DNA of 50,397 nucleotides, from the IMG/VR virus record IMGVR_UViG_3300020374_000953, positions 1 through 50,397 of that record; one strand, 5' to 3'. Source of the stretch: a virus (Duplodnaviria > Caudoviricetes). Below the pieces are notes generated by a model. That model was not told where the DNA came from, searched no databases, and saw only the letters and a list, made by a program, of their open reading frames with translations. A program made the position numbers and the translations under genes. This document shows positions 16,665-25,793 of the stretch, in pieces (the first letter of the stretch is position 1; each line of letters opens with the position of its first letter).

Positions 16665-17284
16665 TGTCGGAGTATTACAATTTTGTTACATCCATTAAAT
16701 ATAATATGGGGTTGATATTTAAATTTCTCTCAATCCTGACTTTTGTGTTTGTGTGGGTACCAATGTCATATGCCCAAGCAATAACTTTACAGAACGCAGT
16801 TGAGGGAGAATTATATACTGAATCTACTCATCCAGAGCTATACTGTTTGGCAATGAATATATACTTTGAAGCCAAATCAGAACCGGTAGCAGGCCAATAT
16901 GCAGTGGCGGATGTAGTACTAAATCGTGTTAATGACGCAAGGTATCCGAACTCTATCTGTGAGGTCGTTTTGCAAGGTCCAGTTAGGGAAAGTTGGAAAA
17001 CAAAACAAGATCCTGACTTGCCTAAAGAAAAACGTAAATTTAATCCTATTAAACATAAATGTCAATTTAGTTGGTATTGTGACGGCAAAGCTGATAAAAT
17101 CCGAGACGGCGATGCTTGGCGTAAAGCACAGGAAATTGCATATCGCATTGTTTTTGAAGCCAAGTTTAGAGGAGTGACGGAAAGTGCTACCCACTATCAT
17201 GCAACCTATGTAAGTCCAAAATGGGCACCTGAGTTGGATTTGGTAGGTAGAATAGGAACTCATATATTTTACAGATGGCCGTAA
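16664..17284 (+). CDS. Cell wall hydrolase, SleB/Hydrolase_2 family
   Basis: CLAMNIYFEAKSE, VVLNRV, CQFSWYCDG, ATHYHA, IGTHIFY; N-terminal TM/signal. Confidence 0.9.
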   Translation: MSEYYNFVTSIKYNMGLIFKFLSILTFVFVWVPMSYAQAITLQNAVEGELYTESTHPELYCLAMNIYFEAKSEPVAGQYAVADVVLNRVNDARYPNSICEVVLQGPVRESWKTKQDPDLPKEKRKFNPIKHKCQFSWYCDGKADKIRDGDAWRKAQEIAYRIVFEAKFRGVTESATHYHATYVSPKWAPELDLVGRIGTHIFYRWP

Positions 17285-17964
17285 AACTTTGGAAAAAGAT
17301 TCCACAACGTATTAGAACAATATTTTTACTTTTATTGTTTTGGATCACCACGGTTGCTGGTGCCTATGTAACAGGAACCTATCAACCTAACAAATGGGTC
17401 GTGGCAGAGCTAACCAAAAAGACACAGAACAAAGTTCAAACCGAATGGGAAAACTACGGCTTCTATGAGCCAGATATGAACTATACAGATAATCTATCTT
17501 TTGTAAAAGCAGTCACGAAATGTATTGACTATATTAATTTGACTACCCCTGTTGAGCAAAGGGTTCCAAGAGAGATAATAGTTGCTATGGCTGTGATAGA
17601 AACTGGCTACGGTACAAGTAGATTTGCTCTAAAAGGAAATAATTTATTTGGTATTAGGACCTGGAATAACGATGAAGCACAACTTAAACCAAAAGATAAT
17701 CCTGATGTGATTTGGGGAGTAAAGACTTATATTACCAAATGCCAATCTGTCAAAGACATGGTATCAATAATCAACAGACTTCCTCATTACGAAGATTTTC
17801 GTGAAGTAAGAGACTATCAAATGAAATCAGGAGACAAAGATATTTTTGCTCTTGTGCCTCTTTTGAGCGAATGGAGTACAAATCCAAACTACACAAAGTT
17901 AATAATTTCAAAGATTAAAAAGATACAAACTATTTTGGCAAAACAAGTATCCAAAACATCTTGA
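17275..17964 (+). CDS. Glucosaminidase (GH73, Bax/FlgJ-like) with N-terminal anchor
   Basis: AMAVIETGYGTSRFALKGNNLFGIRTW, WSTNPNY. Confidence 0.85.
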   Translation: MAVKLWKKIPQRIRTIFLLLLFWITTVAGAYVTGTYQPNKWVVAELTKKTQNKVQTEWENYGFYEPDMNYTDNLSFVKAVTKCIDYINLTTPVEQRVPREIIVAMAVIETGYGTSRFALKGNNLFGIRTWNNDEAQLKPKDNPDVIWGVKTYITKCQSVKDMVSIINRLPHYEDFREVRDYQMKSGDKDIFALVPLLSEWSTNPNYTKLIISKIKKIQTILAKQVSKTS

Positions 17965-17989
17965 CTTTATTTATAGACGATAGTATACT
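17961..17989 (+). promoter_or_regulatory. Sigma70-type promoter
   Basis: TTGACT-17 nt-TATACT. Confidence 0.7.
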
Positions 17990-18020
17990 ACTTAAACAAT
18001 GAAACTAAATGGAGGCTTTG

Positions 18021-18536
18021 ATGAAAGGCATTTTTAAACTAGGCGCAATTATTACAACAATGGCAATGCTCAATGCATGTTCAAGTGGATATGTAACTAT
18101 TGCGGAACGTGACAACTATGCACAACCTACATGGTATGCAAAATGTGCCGAGACTGGTACAGAAGGCTGGTTTTGGTGGAAAGAAGAATATGCTTATGCC
18201 TGTGGTGCAGGTGTTAGTGTTTTCGAACAAGCCGCTGAAGAGCAGATGTATGCTATCGCAATGAACAACTTTGCGAAAAGGATTAACAGTACAGTTAACA
18301 GTGATACTAAGATCCAATTTAAGAATAATAAAGGTGCAGAAACTAAAGAGACAACCACTTATATTAGCTATCAGGTAAACGATACTAAGATTCGTGAGCA
18401 TGTTTCACGTGAAACTGGCACATACAAATATGCTGGTAAGACTTATACTTTTGTAAAATTAAGCATGAAGAAAGAAACTTTCGATGCTTTATTGGCAGAA
18501 GCTAAGTCACGTGATGCTATCGCACAGAGTAACTAA
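18021..18536 (+). CDS. Putative lipoprotein (LPP20-like)
   Basis: GGAGG RBS; lipobox LNAC; QPTWY. Confidence 0.75.
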   Translation: MKGIFKLGAIITTMAMLNACSSGYVTIAERDNYAQPTWYAKCAETGTEGWFWWKEEYAYACGAGVSVFEQAAEEQMYAIAMNNFAKRINSTVNSDTKIQFKNNKGAETKETTTYISYQVNDTKIREHVSRETGTYKYAGKTYTFVKLSMKKETFDALLAEAKSRDAIAQSN

Positions 18537-18537
18537 G

Positions 18538-18870
18538 ATGAAACATCTTATAATGATGACAGGAGCAATCGCCATACTATCGGCTTGCTCCTCTCACAAT
18601 CAACCTGTTATGTCTCAATTTAAACCGCAGTATTGTTATCAAACTACAACTATTAATACCACAGATGGTAATACTGTAAATAGCAAAGGCACAACAGAGT
18701 GTTCGGATAATCCAAAAAATAAACATTTTTTAGCATACAGTGAAATTGCTAAAGATTGCAGGGAGTATTGGTATGATATTTGGCTTAATGGAAAGGCAGT
18801 TGCACAACGTGGCTACGTCTGTCAAAAAATTAACGGCGAATGGGAAATCGTTAGCCATCCTTATAATTAG
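18538..18870 (+). CDS. Putative lipoprotein
   Basis: Lipobox LSAC; several additional Cys. Confidence 0.75.
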   Translation: MKHLIMMTGAIAILSACSSHNQPVMSQFKPQYCYQTTTINTTDGNTVNSKGTTECSDNPKNKHFLAYSEIAKDCREYWYDIWLNGKAVAQRGYVCQKINGEWEIVSHPYN

Positions 18871-19273
18871 TTTCGGACTTCTTACTGCTTGTCAAACAGG
18901 ACAACAGTTTCACACAACAAGTCATAGTACAGTTTCAAGCACACATGATCTATATCATCCAGGTAATAGTACTTTTGCATTGGCAGTAAATGCCGTACAA
19001 TGGAAAACATCTATGATGAATGATTATGATAGAAAACAACAAGAGAATGCAGTATTCTTCGCACTTAACAATCTAAAGACAGGACAAATTACTCGTTGGT
19101 ATAACGGTAACACAGGTGCAAGGGGCACAGTAAAAGTATCTATGAGCTATCCACAAGGCAGTGGCTATTGTAGGGTTTTGATGACACAAATTGTTTATAA
19201 CAACAAGAAAAGAGACTTTTCCGAGACTGCTTGTATTAACAGTACTGATAACACTTGGCGTTTCGTCAGGTAA
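18788..19273 (+). CDS. Putative lipoprotein, 17-kDa surface antigen-like (start uncertain)
   Basis: Lipobox LTAC; WYNGNTGARG...GYCR...TAC...TWR. Confidence 0.7.
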   Translation: MERQLHNVATSVKKLTANGKSLAILIISFGLLTACQTGQQFHTTSHSTVSSTHDLYHPGNSTFALAVNAVQWKTSMMNDYDRKQQENAVFFALNNLKTGQITRWYNGNTGARGTVKVSMSYPQGSGYCRVLMTQIVYNNKKRDFSETACINSTDNTWRFVR

Positions 19274-19297
19274 ATACTTAACTTAATAAGGACAACA

Positions 19298-21244
19298 ATG
19301 GCATTAGGTATATTAGTATTATTATCTGCTTTAAGTATTTCAGCAGTCGCAATTTATTATAGTATAGCAGGACTCGTAGCAATATTTGCCGCGGCCGCTA
19401 TTCCCATAATGGTCATGGGAACTGTATTAGAAATAGGAAAACTTGTAACCGCTGTCTGGTTACATAGGTATTGGAGTAAGGCGGTATGGTGGCTGAAAAC
19501 ATATTTAAGTGTTGCAGTTGTTGTCCTTATGTTTATCACAAGCATGGGTATCTTTGGATACCTGTCCAAAGCACATATAGAACAAACTTCTGCTAGTATT
19601 GAATCTGTTGAAAAGATTTCTCAACTTGAAACTGAGATTGCTCGTTACACCAACATAGTAGAAAGAGCAGAACAAAAGATAGAAAAGGCTGAAAATGCAG
19701 GTGCTAATAAAAATGATACAATACAGGATCAAATTGATAGAGAACAGAAACGTATTGATACTGCATATGACAGAATACAGCCTTTAGTTTCAGAACAACA
19801 AAAGATAATACAAGCAGAAATAGAACGTAAAGATAAGAAGATTGAACCTTATCTTGCACAAGTTTCTAGTATTGATGCTGATTTGGCTACATTAAACGAT
19901 TTACTAAACAGGCGTGATGGTGAAAGTATTAGACGTCTACAAAGTATTGTTGGTACTAGAGTTGACGGAACATACGGTAGCCGTACTGCAAAACAGGTTG
20001 AAAACTATAGAGAAGGTTTGATTGCTAAACGTGAAAGCATATTAAAGACAATAACACAAATAGAAGAAAAGGAATCACCTATAATAGTTTCGGCCAACGA
20101 AGAAATAAAAAGACTTCGTGACATAGCTGAACAAGAAATATCTGATTCTAACAAGGTAATTAACAAACTTAGATCTGAGATAGGTACAGTGGTAACGGAT
20201 AATAGCACTGAGCTTATTGAAGGTGAACTACTTAAAATTAAAAAAGCCAATGTAGAAATAGATGCACTTACAGAACAAAAATATACAATTGAAGCTGAGT
20301 ATAGAAAATTAGAGGCTGAAGTTGGTCCTATAAAATATATTGCAGAATTTATATATGGAGAAGAGGCAGATAGAGATTTATTAGAGGAGGCAGTACGATG
20401 GGTAATTATTCTTATAATATTTGTTTTTGATCCTTTAGCAGTTCTATTGCTAATTGCAAGCCAATATACATTTGAATTATCAAACCCAAAACGTAGGGGG
20501 TTGGCCTGGCGTGAATATGAACAGTCAAGAGCTAAAAAAATTATGGAAAATGAACCTCCCTTACAAGACGAACCAGGGATTGAACCAGAAGAAGAAAAAG
20601 ATAAAGAGGAGGAAGTAGATGATACACGAGATATTGACCTTACAGTTCAGACACCTACAGATGTTGGACAGGATGATGGGAACGAACAACGAAACGACCT
20701 ACAAGACATTAACGTGGCAGATGATGAACGAGATGGAAAAGCCAGTGATGAAGCAGATATTCAGCCAGGGGAGGAAGTGGAGAAGGTTGAAGGACAGGTT
20801 TCTAACAACCAAGTAGTCGAAAAAAAAGATTCCGAATCATCGGTAGAATCAAAAAGCAATCTTGATAATTGGAACGAATGGGTTGAAGCCGCTAATGCTG
20901 AAGCAGAGAAAGATTTGGGTGAAACCTTTACTCCAGAGCAAATATCAGAAAGAGCTAAACTTTTAGAGACTTATGAAAACGACAACGAATGGACTAATGC
21001 AAAACGACGTTGGAAAGATGATAATCCAGATCAAAATATCAAGGATTGGAAACAAGCATATATTACAGGTAAGATAGAAGAACTTCCTTGGGCAAGATTC
21101 GTAAGCAACAAAGAAGTTTTGGAAGAAGAAATTGGAAGATTGAAACCTGACCTAACAGAAGTAATTGAGCCACAAGGATATAAGCAAAATGAAGAACAAA
21201 ACGATAAGTCAGTTTGGAACAAGATCCGCGATAATGACAAGTAA
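19298..21244 (+). CDS. Membrane-anchored coiled-coil protein with peptidoglycan-binding-like motif and acidic tail
   Basis: Three N-terminal TMs (LEIGKLV, ITSMGIFGYLSKAH), RRLQSIVGTRVDGTYGSRT, fourth TM VFDPLAV. Confidence 0.8.
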   Translation: MALGILVLLSALSISAVAIYYSIAGLVAIFAAAAIPIMVMGTVLEIGKLVTAVWLHRYWSKAVWWLKTYLSVAVVVLMFITSMGIFGYLSKAHIEQTSASIESVEKISQLETEIARYTNIVERAEQKIEKAENAGANKNDTIQDQIDREQKRIDTAYDRIQPLVSEQQKIIQAEIERKDKKIEPYLAQVSSIDADLATLNDLLNRRDGESIRRLQSIVGTRVDGTYGSRTAKQVENYREGLIAKRESILKTITQIEEKESPIIVSANEEIKRLRDIAEQEISDSNKVINKLRSEIGTVVTDNSTELIEGELLKIKKANVEIDALTEQKYTIEAEYRKLEAEVGPIKYIAEFIYGEEADRDLLEEAVRWVIILIIFVFDPLAVLLLIASQYTFELSNPKRRGLAWREYEQSRAKKIMENEPPLQDEPGIEPEEEKDKEEEVDDTRDIDLTVQTPTDVGQDDGNEQRNDLQDINVADDERDGKASDEADIQPGEEVEKVEGQVSNNQVVEKKDSESSVESKSNLDNWNEWVEAANAEAEKDLGETFTPEQISERAKLLETYENDNEWTNAKRRWKDDNPDQNIKDWKQAYITGKIEELPWARFVSNKEVLEEEIGRLKPDLTEVIEPQGYKQNEEQNDKSVWNKIRDNDK

Positions 21245-21252
21245 ATAATAGG

Positions 21253-21642
21253 ATGCCTGATCCTACAATAAACCTAATAACCGCTCCAGATAAGCTATTA
21301 AACAACAATGCAAGTGTATTGTTGGTTAATCCTAGCGATACAGTTAAAGAGCAATTTAACCACCATGCAAAGCAGTTTAAAGCACCAATAAACTTATATT
21401 TGTATGAAAATACACAAGAACAATTAGGATGGCTATTTGATACTATACCAGTAGTAGATTACATAGTTTTGGATATAGATAGCACCATTATTGAACAATG
21501 GGTAATTGGATACATTTTACATTTTGATAAAACTTTTTACTTGACAAACAAGGCAGATAGATTGTATAATGTAATAAATGTTAATAGAATATTTGAACTT
21601 AAACAATTTTTAGAAAGGATAAACTATTTTGGGGTGGAATAA
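21253..21642 (+). CDS. Hypothetical protein
   Basis: 129 aa; ATG 5 nt after TAAATA. Confidence 0.7.
   Translation: MPDPTINLITAPDKLLNNNASVLLVNPSDTVKEQFNHHAKQFKAPINLYLYENTQEQLGWLFDTIPVVDYIVLDIDSTIIEQWVIGYILHFDKTFYLTNKADRLYNVINVNRIFELKQFLERINYFGVE
21541..21570 (+). promoter_or_regulatory. Sigma70-type promoter upstream of rpsU
   Basis: TTGACA-18 nt-TATAAT. Confidence 0.6.
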
Positions 21643-21913
21643 CAAGAAGCAGTGGAATACTAAAAAACAATTTGACAGAAAGCCAAAGGACCGACCATTA
21701 GGTGCTGGCATTTATGTTGAAGTAAGAAACAATGATGTGAATAAAGCATTACGTATCTTTAAAAAGAAGTTACAGAATGAAGGTATTCTCCAGGAATACA
21801 AAGAACGTCAACATTATGTAAAGCCGAGTGAAAAGAAAAGAAAAGATAAGGCGGCTGGCAAAAAACGTTGGTTGAAAAAACAAGAAAAATTAGCGAACGA
21901 ACGAGGTTACTAA
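21629..21913 (+). CDS. rpsU: Ribosomal protein bS21 homolog
   Basis: VEVRNNDVNKALRIFKKKLQNEGILQEYKERQHYVKPSEKKR; TTG start after AAAGGA. Confidence 0.88.
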   Translation: MGWNNKKQWNTKKQFDRKPKDRPLGAGIYVEVRNNDVNKALRIFKKKLQNEGILQEYKERQHYVKPSEKKRKDKAAGKKRWLKKQEKLANERGY

Positions 21914-21914
21914 G

Positions 21915-22490
21915 ATGGCACTAAACGCCGAACAATGGTTTCCCAGTGTCATTTGGTCTGGAATGCTTAATGGTGTAGACAATGACAAAATTGAAACTTT
22001 TGCTTATGACAGAAAGAACTTAGATAAAGGAGTTCAGATTAGTAACTATATAGGATGGCAGAGTAATTCTGTCAAGCAGGGCGATAACGAAGAATTTGAT
22101 GCATTAGTAAATGCAATTACAGAACAGGTAAACTTTTGTGCGGCTCAGGCTGAAATGCCTGCCTTACAAATACAAAATATCTGGATGAATATTAACACAC
22201 CAGGAGCATACAATACATTACACAATCACGCCGGAGCAGTATTAAGTGGTGTTTACTATATTAAAAGCGATCCAAGTCAAGGCAACATTATGTTTGAAAG
22301 AAATGATGGTGCAGAATATTTTTTACCTCCTATGGAAAAGCCTAATTATTTTACAAGTACCGCAACAACTTATAAGGCAATGACAGGAGCCATCTATGTG
22401 TTTCCTGGTTGGTTGAAGCATAGTGTACAACCTAATCTGACTAAAGATGACAGACTCAGTATATCATTTAACTATGGAGTGACCAAATGA
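21915..22490 (+). CDS. Putative 2OG-Fe(II) oxygenase (TIGR02466-like)
   Basis: WMNIN, HNHAGAVLSGVYY, FPGWLKHSV, RLSISFN. Confidence 0.8.
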   Translation: MALNAEQWFPSVIWSGMLNGVDNDKIETFAYDRKNLDKGVQISNYIGWQSNSVKQGDNEEFDALVNAITEQVNFCAAQAEMPALQIQNIWMNINTPGAYNTLHNHAGAVLSGVYYIKSDPSQGNIMFERNDGAEYFLPPMEKPNYFTSTATTYKAMTGAIYVFPGWLKHSVQPNLTKDDRLSISFNYGVTK

Positions 22491-23533
22491 GAATCGAACA
22501 TGATGTAAAACTAGACTATCAAGATGTCCTATTCAAACCCAAGAGATCAACTCTTACATCAAGAAAAGATGTTGACTTGACTAGGAGTTTTAAATTTTAT
22601 AATAGTGGTAAGGAATGGACTGGTATTCCTATCATGGCAAGTAATATGGACGGTGTCGGTACTTTTGCAATGGCCAAAGTATTGCAAGATCATAAAATGA
22701 TTACTGTTCTTAGAAAACATTATTCATTAGACGATTGGAAGACTGCCATTGGAGATGGCGTAAAAATGAAGTACCTTTCTGTTTGCACAGGCACAGGAGT
22801 AATATGGGATAAAAATGCACCAGACTATGCGGTTATGAAAGAAGTGCTTAAAAGATATCCTGATATTCCGTTCATCTGTGTTGATGTTGCAAACGGATAT
22901 CATGAAAATTACGGAGACTTTATTGAAAGATTGAGATACGAACACCAAGATAAAACAATTATTGCAGGTAATGTAATCACTGCTGAAATGACCGAAGAAT
23001 TAATTCTTAGGGGTGCTGACATTGTAAAATGCGGAATTGGCCCTGGATCAGTATGCACTACACGATTAATGACTGGTGTAGGTGTGCCACAACTGTCTGG
23101 AATAATTGAATGTGCAGATGCGGCCAATGGCGTGGGAGGACATATTATTGCTGACGGCGGTTGTGTATATCCCGGAGATGTAGCAAAGGCTTTTGGAGCA
23201 GGAGCTCACTTTGTTATGCTTGGTGGTATGTTGGCAGGACACGATGAAGCTGAAGGCGAGATTATAGATGGTAAAGTACAGTTCTATGGTATGAGCTCCA
23301 ATGCGGCTATGTCTAAGCACGGAAGCAGAAAAGATGGTTACAGAGGTGCAGAAGGCAAAGTTGTGCAAATTCCACACAAAGGTAAAGTAATTGATACAAT
23401 CACAGAAGTACTAGGTGGTGTAAGATCTGCTTGTACATATATAGGTGCTAAGAGACTAAAAGATATGGGTAAATGTACCACTTTTGTCCGTGTAAATAAT
23501 GTGGTAAACAAAGTATTCAACAGTTTTGAATAA
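22487..23533 (+). CDS. guaC: GMP reductase
   Basis: PKRSTLTSR, CVDVANGY, GIGPGSVCTTR, IADGGC, MLGGMLAGH; 348 aa with no CBS domains. Confidence 0.92.
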   Translation: MRIEHDVKLDYQDVLFKPKRSTLTSRKDVDLTRSFKFYNSGKEWTGIPIMASNMDGVGTFAMAKVLQDHKMITVLRKHYSLDDWKTAIGDGVKMKYLSVCTGTGVIWDKNAPDYAVMKEVLKRYPDIPFICVDVANGYHENYGDFIERLRYEHQDKTIIAGNVITAEMTEELILRGADIVKCGIGPGSVCTTRLMTGVGVPQLSGIIECADAANGVGGHIIADGGCVYPGDVAKAFGAGAHFVMLGGMLAGHDEAEGEIIDGKVQFYGMSSNAAMSKHGSRKDGYRGAEGKVVQIPHKGKVIDTITEVLGGVRSACTYIGAKRLKDMGKCTTFVRVNNVVNKVFNSFE

Positions 23534-23541
23534 AAAATCAC

Positions 23542-23589
23542 TTGACAATAAGCCATTTACTGCTAAAATAGGAATTACTATGATAAATA
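23542..23589 (+). promoter_or_regulatory. Sigma70-type promoter plus TAAATA motif upstream of hsp20
   Basis: TTGACA-16 nt-TAAAAT; TAAATA at 23584. Confidence 0.55.
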
Positions 23590-23594
23590 GTATT

Positions 23595-23680
23595 GTTGAA
23601 GATATGCCAGGGTTGGGTATTTTCAATAGGGCATGTAGCCCAAATAACGTTAACTTGCTTAATATAAGGAGAAAACAATG
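23595..23680 (+). promoter_or_regulatory. ROSE-like RNA thermometer 5'UTR
   Basis: Two upstream hairpins, then CTTGCTT (23654-23660) pairing with AAGGAG (23666-23671) with a bulged G. Confidence 0.6.
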
Positions 23681-24118
23681 ACAAGAGTAACTACACTAAA
23701 CCTTCCCACTTTTCACAGATCTATGATTGGCTTCGACAGCTTGTTCGATGAAATGGACAGAATGTTCGAAAACAGTACAAATGGAGCTGGTGGATATCCT
23801 CCATACAACATAGCTAAAATTAGCGATGACGAGTTTATGATCTCAATCGCAGTTGCAGGCTTTGGTATGGATAACCTAAAGATTGAAAAGGACAAAAATG
23901 TTCTTAAAATCGATGGTACTCAGCCAAAAGGTGCTGACGAAGTGAACTATGTTCACAGAGGTATTGCTGGACGAAACTTTACTAGAGAGTTCACTTTAGC
24001 TGAACACGTTGATGTAAAGTCAGCTAAACTAGAAAAAGGTATGTTAAATATACATCTAGTGAGAGAAGTTCCAGAAGAGCTCAAGCCCAAAACAATTAAA
24101 ATTGTAGAGGCCGAGTAA
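23678..24118 (+). CDS. ibpA: Small heat shock protein Hsp20 (IbpA-like)
   Basis: IGFDSLF, GYPPYNI, IAVAGF, YVHRGIAGRNFTREFTL, PKTIKI. Confidence 0.93.
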   Translation: MTRVTTLNLPTFHRSMIGFDSLFDEMDRMFENSTNGAGGYPPYNIAKISDDEFMISIAVAGFGMDNLKIEKDKNVLKIDGTQPKGADEVNYVHRGIAGRNFTREFTLAEHVDVKSAKLEKGMLNIHLVREVPEELKPKTIKIVEAE

Positions 24119-24128
24119 CAGTGGTAAA

Positions 24129-24154
24129 GTTTAGGGGGTGAAAACCCCCTAAAC
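24129..24154 (+). other. Strong 11-bp stem-loop with GAAA tetraloop between hsp20 and clpS
   Basis: GTTTAGGGGGT-GAAA-ACCCCCTAAAC, with no + strand U-tract. Confidence 0.7.
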
Positions 24155-24169
24155 AGAACAGGAGTTATT

Positions 24170-24487
24170 ATGACAGTAACAGTTGAAATAGATACTAATA
24201 TTGACATACAGGAAAAAGTCAAAAATATCGTTGAAGAGCCTGGAAAATACAAGGTTATTTTCATGAACGATAACCAAACACCTATGGATTTTGTAGTTTC
24301 AATCCTAATGGAGATTTTCAAACATACTGAAAAAACAGCACAAGAATTAACAATGAAAATCCACAGTGATGGTAGCACAGTGGTAGGATTATACACATTT
24401 GAAATTGCTGAGCAAAGATCATTAGAAGCCACTAAATTAGCACGAAGCAATGGCTTTCCTTTACAGATAGCAATTGAAAAAGAATAG
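24170..24487 (+). CDS. clpS: ATP-dependent Clp protease adaptor ClpS
   Basis: YKVIFMNDNQTPMDFVV, KIHSDG, YTFEIAEQ, GFPL. Confidence 0.92.
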   Translation: MTVTVEIDTNIDIQEKVKNIVEEPGKYKVIFMNDNQTPMDFVVSILMEIFKHTEKTAQELTMKIHSDGSTVVGLYTFEIAEQRSLEATKLARSNGFPLQIAIEKE

Positions 24488-24527
24488 CATAAATAATGTA
24501 TATGAATGATAACTTAAGGAGTATACA

Positions 24528-25097
24528 ATGAGCTTACAAAGTTTAACATCTGCATCGCAATCAAACGCGGAATCAACTTCGTTTGCAGTTGAAATGAATG
24601 CAGGCAAATTAAGCAACGACAAATATCTAAAGTTTCTTTGGAATATGTACATGCTATATGACATCATGGAAGATGTTTCATTGAGCATGGGTTGTTTTGC
24701 ACCAAAAGACCCGCAAATGCCAGCTGGTGATGAACCACTAGATGGACTTATGCAGGCTGACGACATCTTGGCTGACTTTAAAGAATTAGGCGGAGATGAA
24801 GCTAACCCACCGGCAACAGTGGCGGCAGTAGATGAATACATTAATCACATTATTAAAAGTATTCAACACGATAAGCAGAAGCTTATGGCCCATGTTTATG
24901 CTAACCATATGGGAGACCTAGAAGGTAAGCATAAAGATAAAGTTCCGGGTAGTGGTAAAATGTATCAATTCTCAGACATGACTGTTTCAAAAGAAGAAAT
25001 GAAAAAGCTTCTTGAAGCAAGAGTAAGTGAATCTGATTCAGTTGAGTGCAATATTGCTTACGGGTACAGACAAAAAATCTACGAACAATTAGCATAA
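24528..25097 (+). CDS. hemO: Heme oxygenase homolog, degenerate active site
   Basis: SLT...NAE N-terminal helix, LMAHVYANHMGDL, KVPGSGKMYQF; directly upstream of a bilin reductase. Confidence 0.75.
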   Translation: MSLQSLTSASQSNAESTSFAVEMNAGKLSNDKYLKFLWNMYMLYDIMEDVSLSMGCFAPKDPQMPAGDEPLDGLMQADDILADFKELGGDEANPPATVAAVDEYINHIIKSIQHDKQKLMAHVYANHMGDLEGKHKDKVPGSGKMYQFSDMTVSKEEMKKLLEARVSESDSVECNIAYGYRQKIYEQLA

Positions 25098-25109
25098 GAA
25101 GAATCAGTT

Positions 25110-25793
25110 ATGATTTGGGATCAGCTGGTAAAGTGCCAAGACCAGATTATCCAGATGTTTGATCATCATGGAACAGAAATAAATGAGCCAGGAATGGATC
25201 ATTTTAATCAACCTGACAGCGGATGGATAAACAGAGTCTGGCAAAATGAAGACGTTCGTCGAGCCCACATAGATGTTGTAGATGCAAGGAAATCAAAGGG
25301 CTTATGGATGATGCATGTATGCGTTTTTCCAAATTTACATAACGATGGTCCCATATATGGCTTTGACGTAATTGCTGGTAAATCTAAAATGACAGGTGCA
25401 TTTCATGATTTTTCTGCAAGTTCGGGAGGTGAAGACCACCCAATGGTTCAATGGTATCAGGATGCTGTCAAAGATTTTATTCCAGAAAAAGTACGTGAGT
25501 TGCCTGAATGGGCAAGAAATATTTTTACGCCTAGCATGATTGCGGCTAGTAATGTAAGAGAAGAAGAAGCTGGAGTTATCATTCAAATAGCTCTGGATAA
25601 TCTTTACACGTATCTTGATACTATTGGCGAATACAACGGGCAAGGAGAAAGAGATTTAACTCTTGCCAGTCAAAATTATTATTGTGAAAATCAGCAACAG
25701 AACCCACATACACCGCGTGTCATGAAGTCCTTAGGATTAGACGAAGCAGATGTAGATAAGTTCTGCACTGATATGTTATTTCCTAAAATTTAG
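25110..25793 (+). CDS. pcyX: Ferredoxin-dependent bilin reductase, PcyX/PcyA-like
   Basis: RRAHIDVVD, LWMMHVCVFP, PIYGFDVIAG, RELPEWARNIF, QNYYCENQQQNPHT. Confidence 0.87.
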   Translation: MIWDQLVKCQDQIIQMFDHHGTEINEPGMDHFNQPDSGWINRVWQNEDVRRAHIDVVDARKSKGLWMMHVCVFPNLHNDGPIYGFDVIAGKSKMTGAFHDFSASSGGEDHPMVQWYQDAVKDFIPEKVRELPEWARNIFTPSMIAASNVREEEAGVIIQIALDNLYTYLDTIGEYNGQGERDLTLASQNYYCENQQQNPHTPRVMKSLGLDEADVDKFCTDMLFPKI

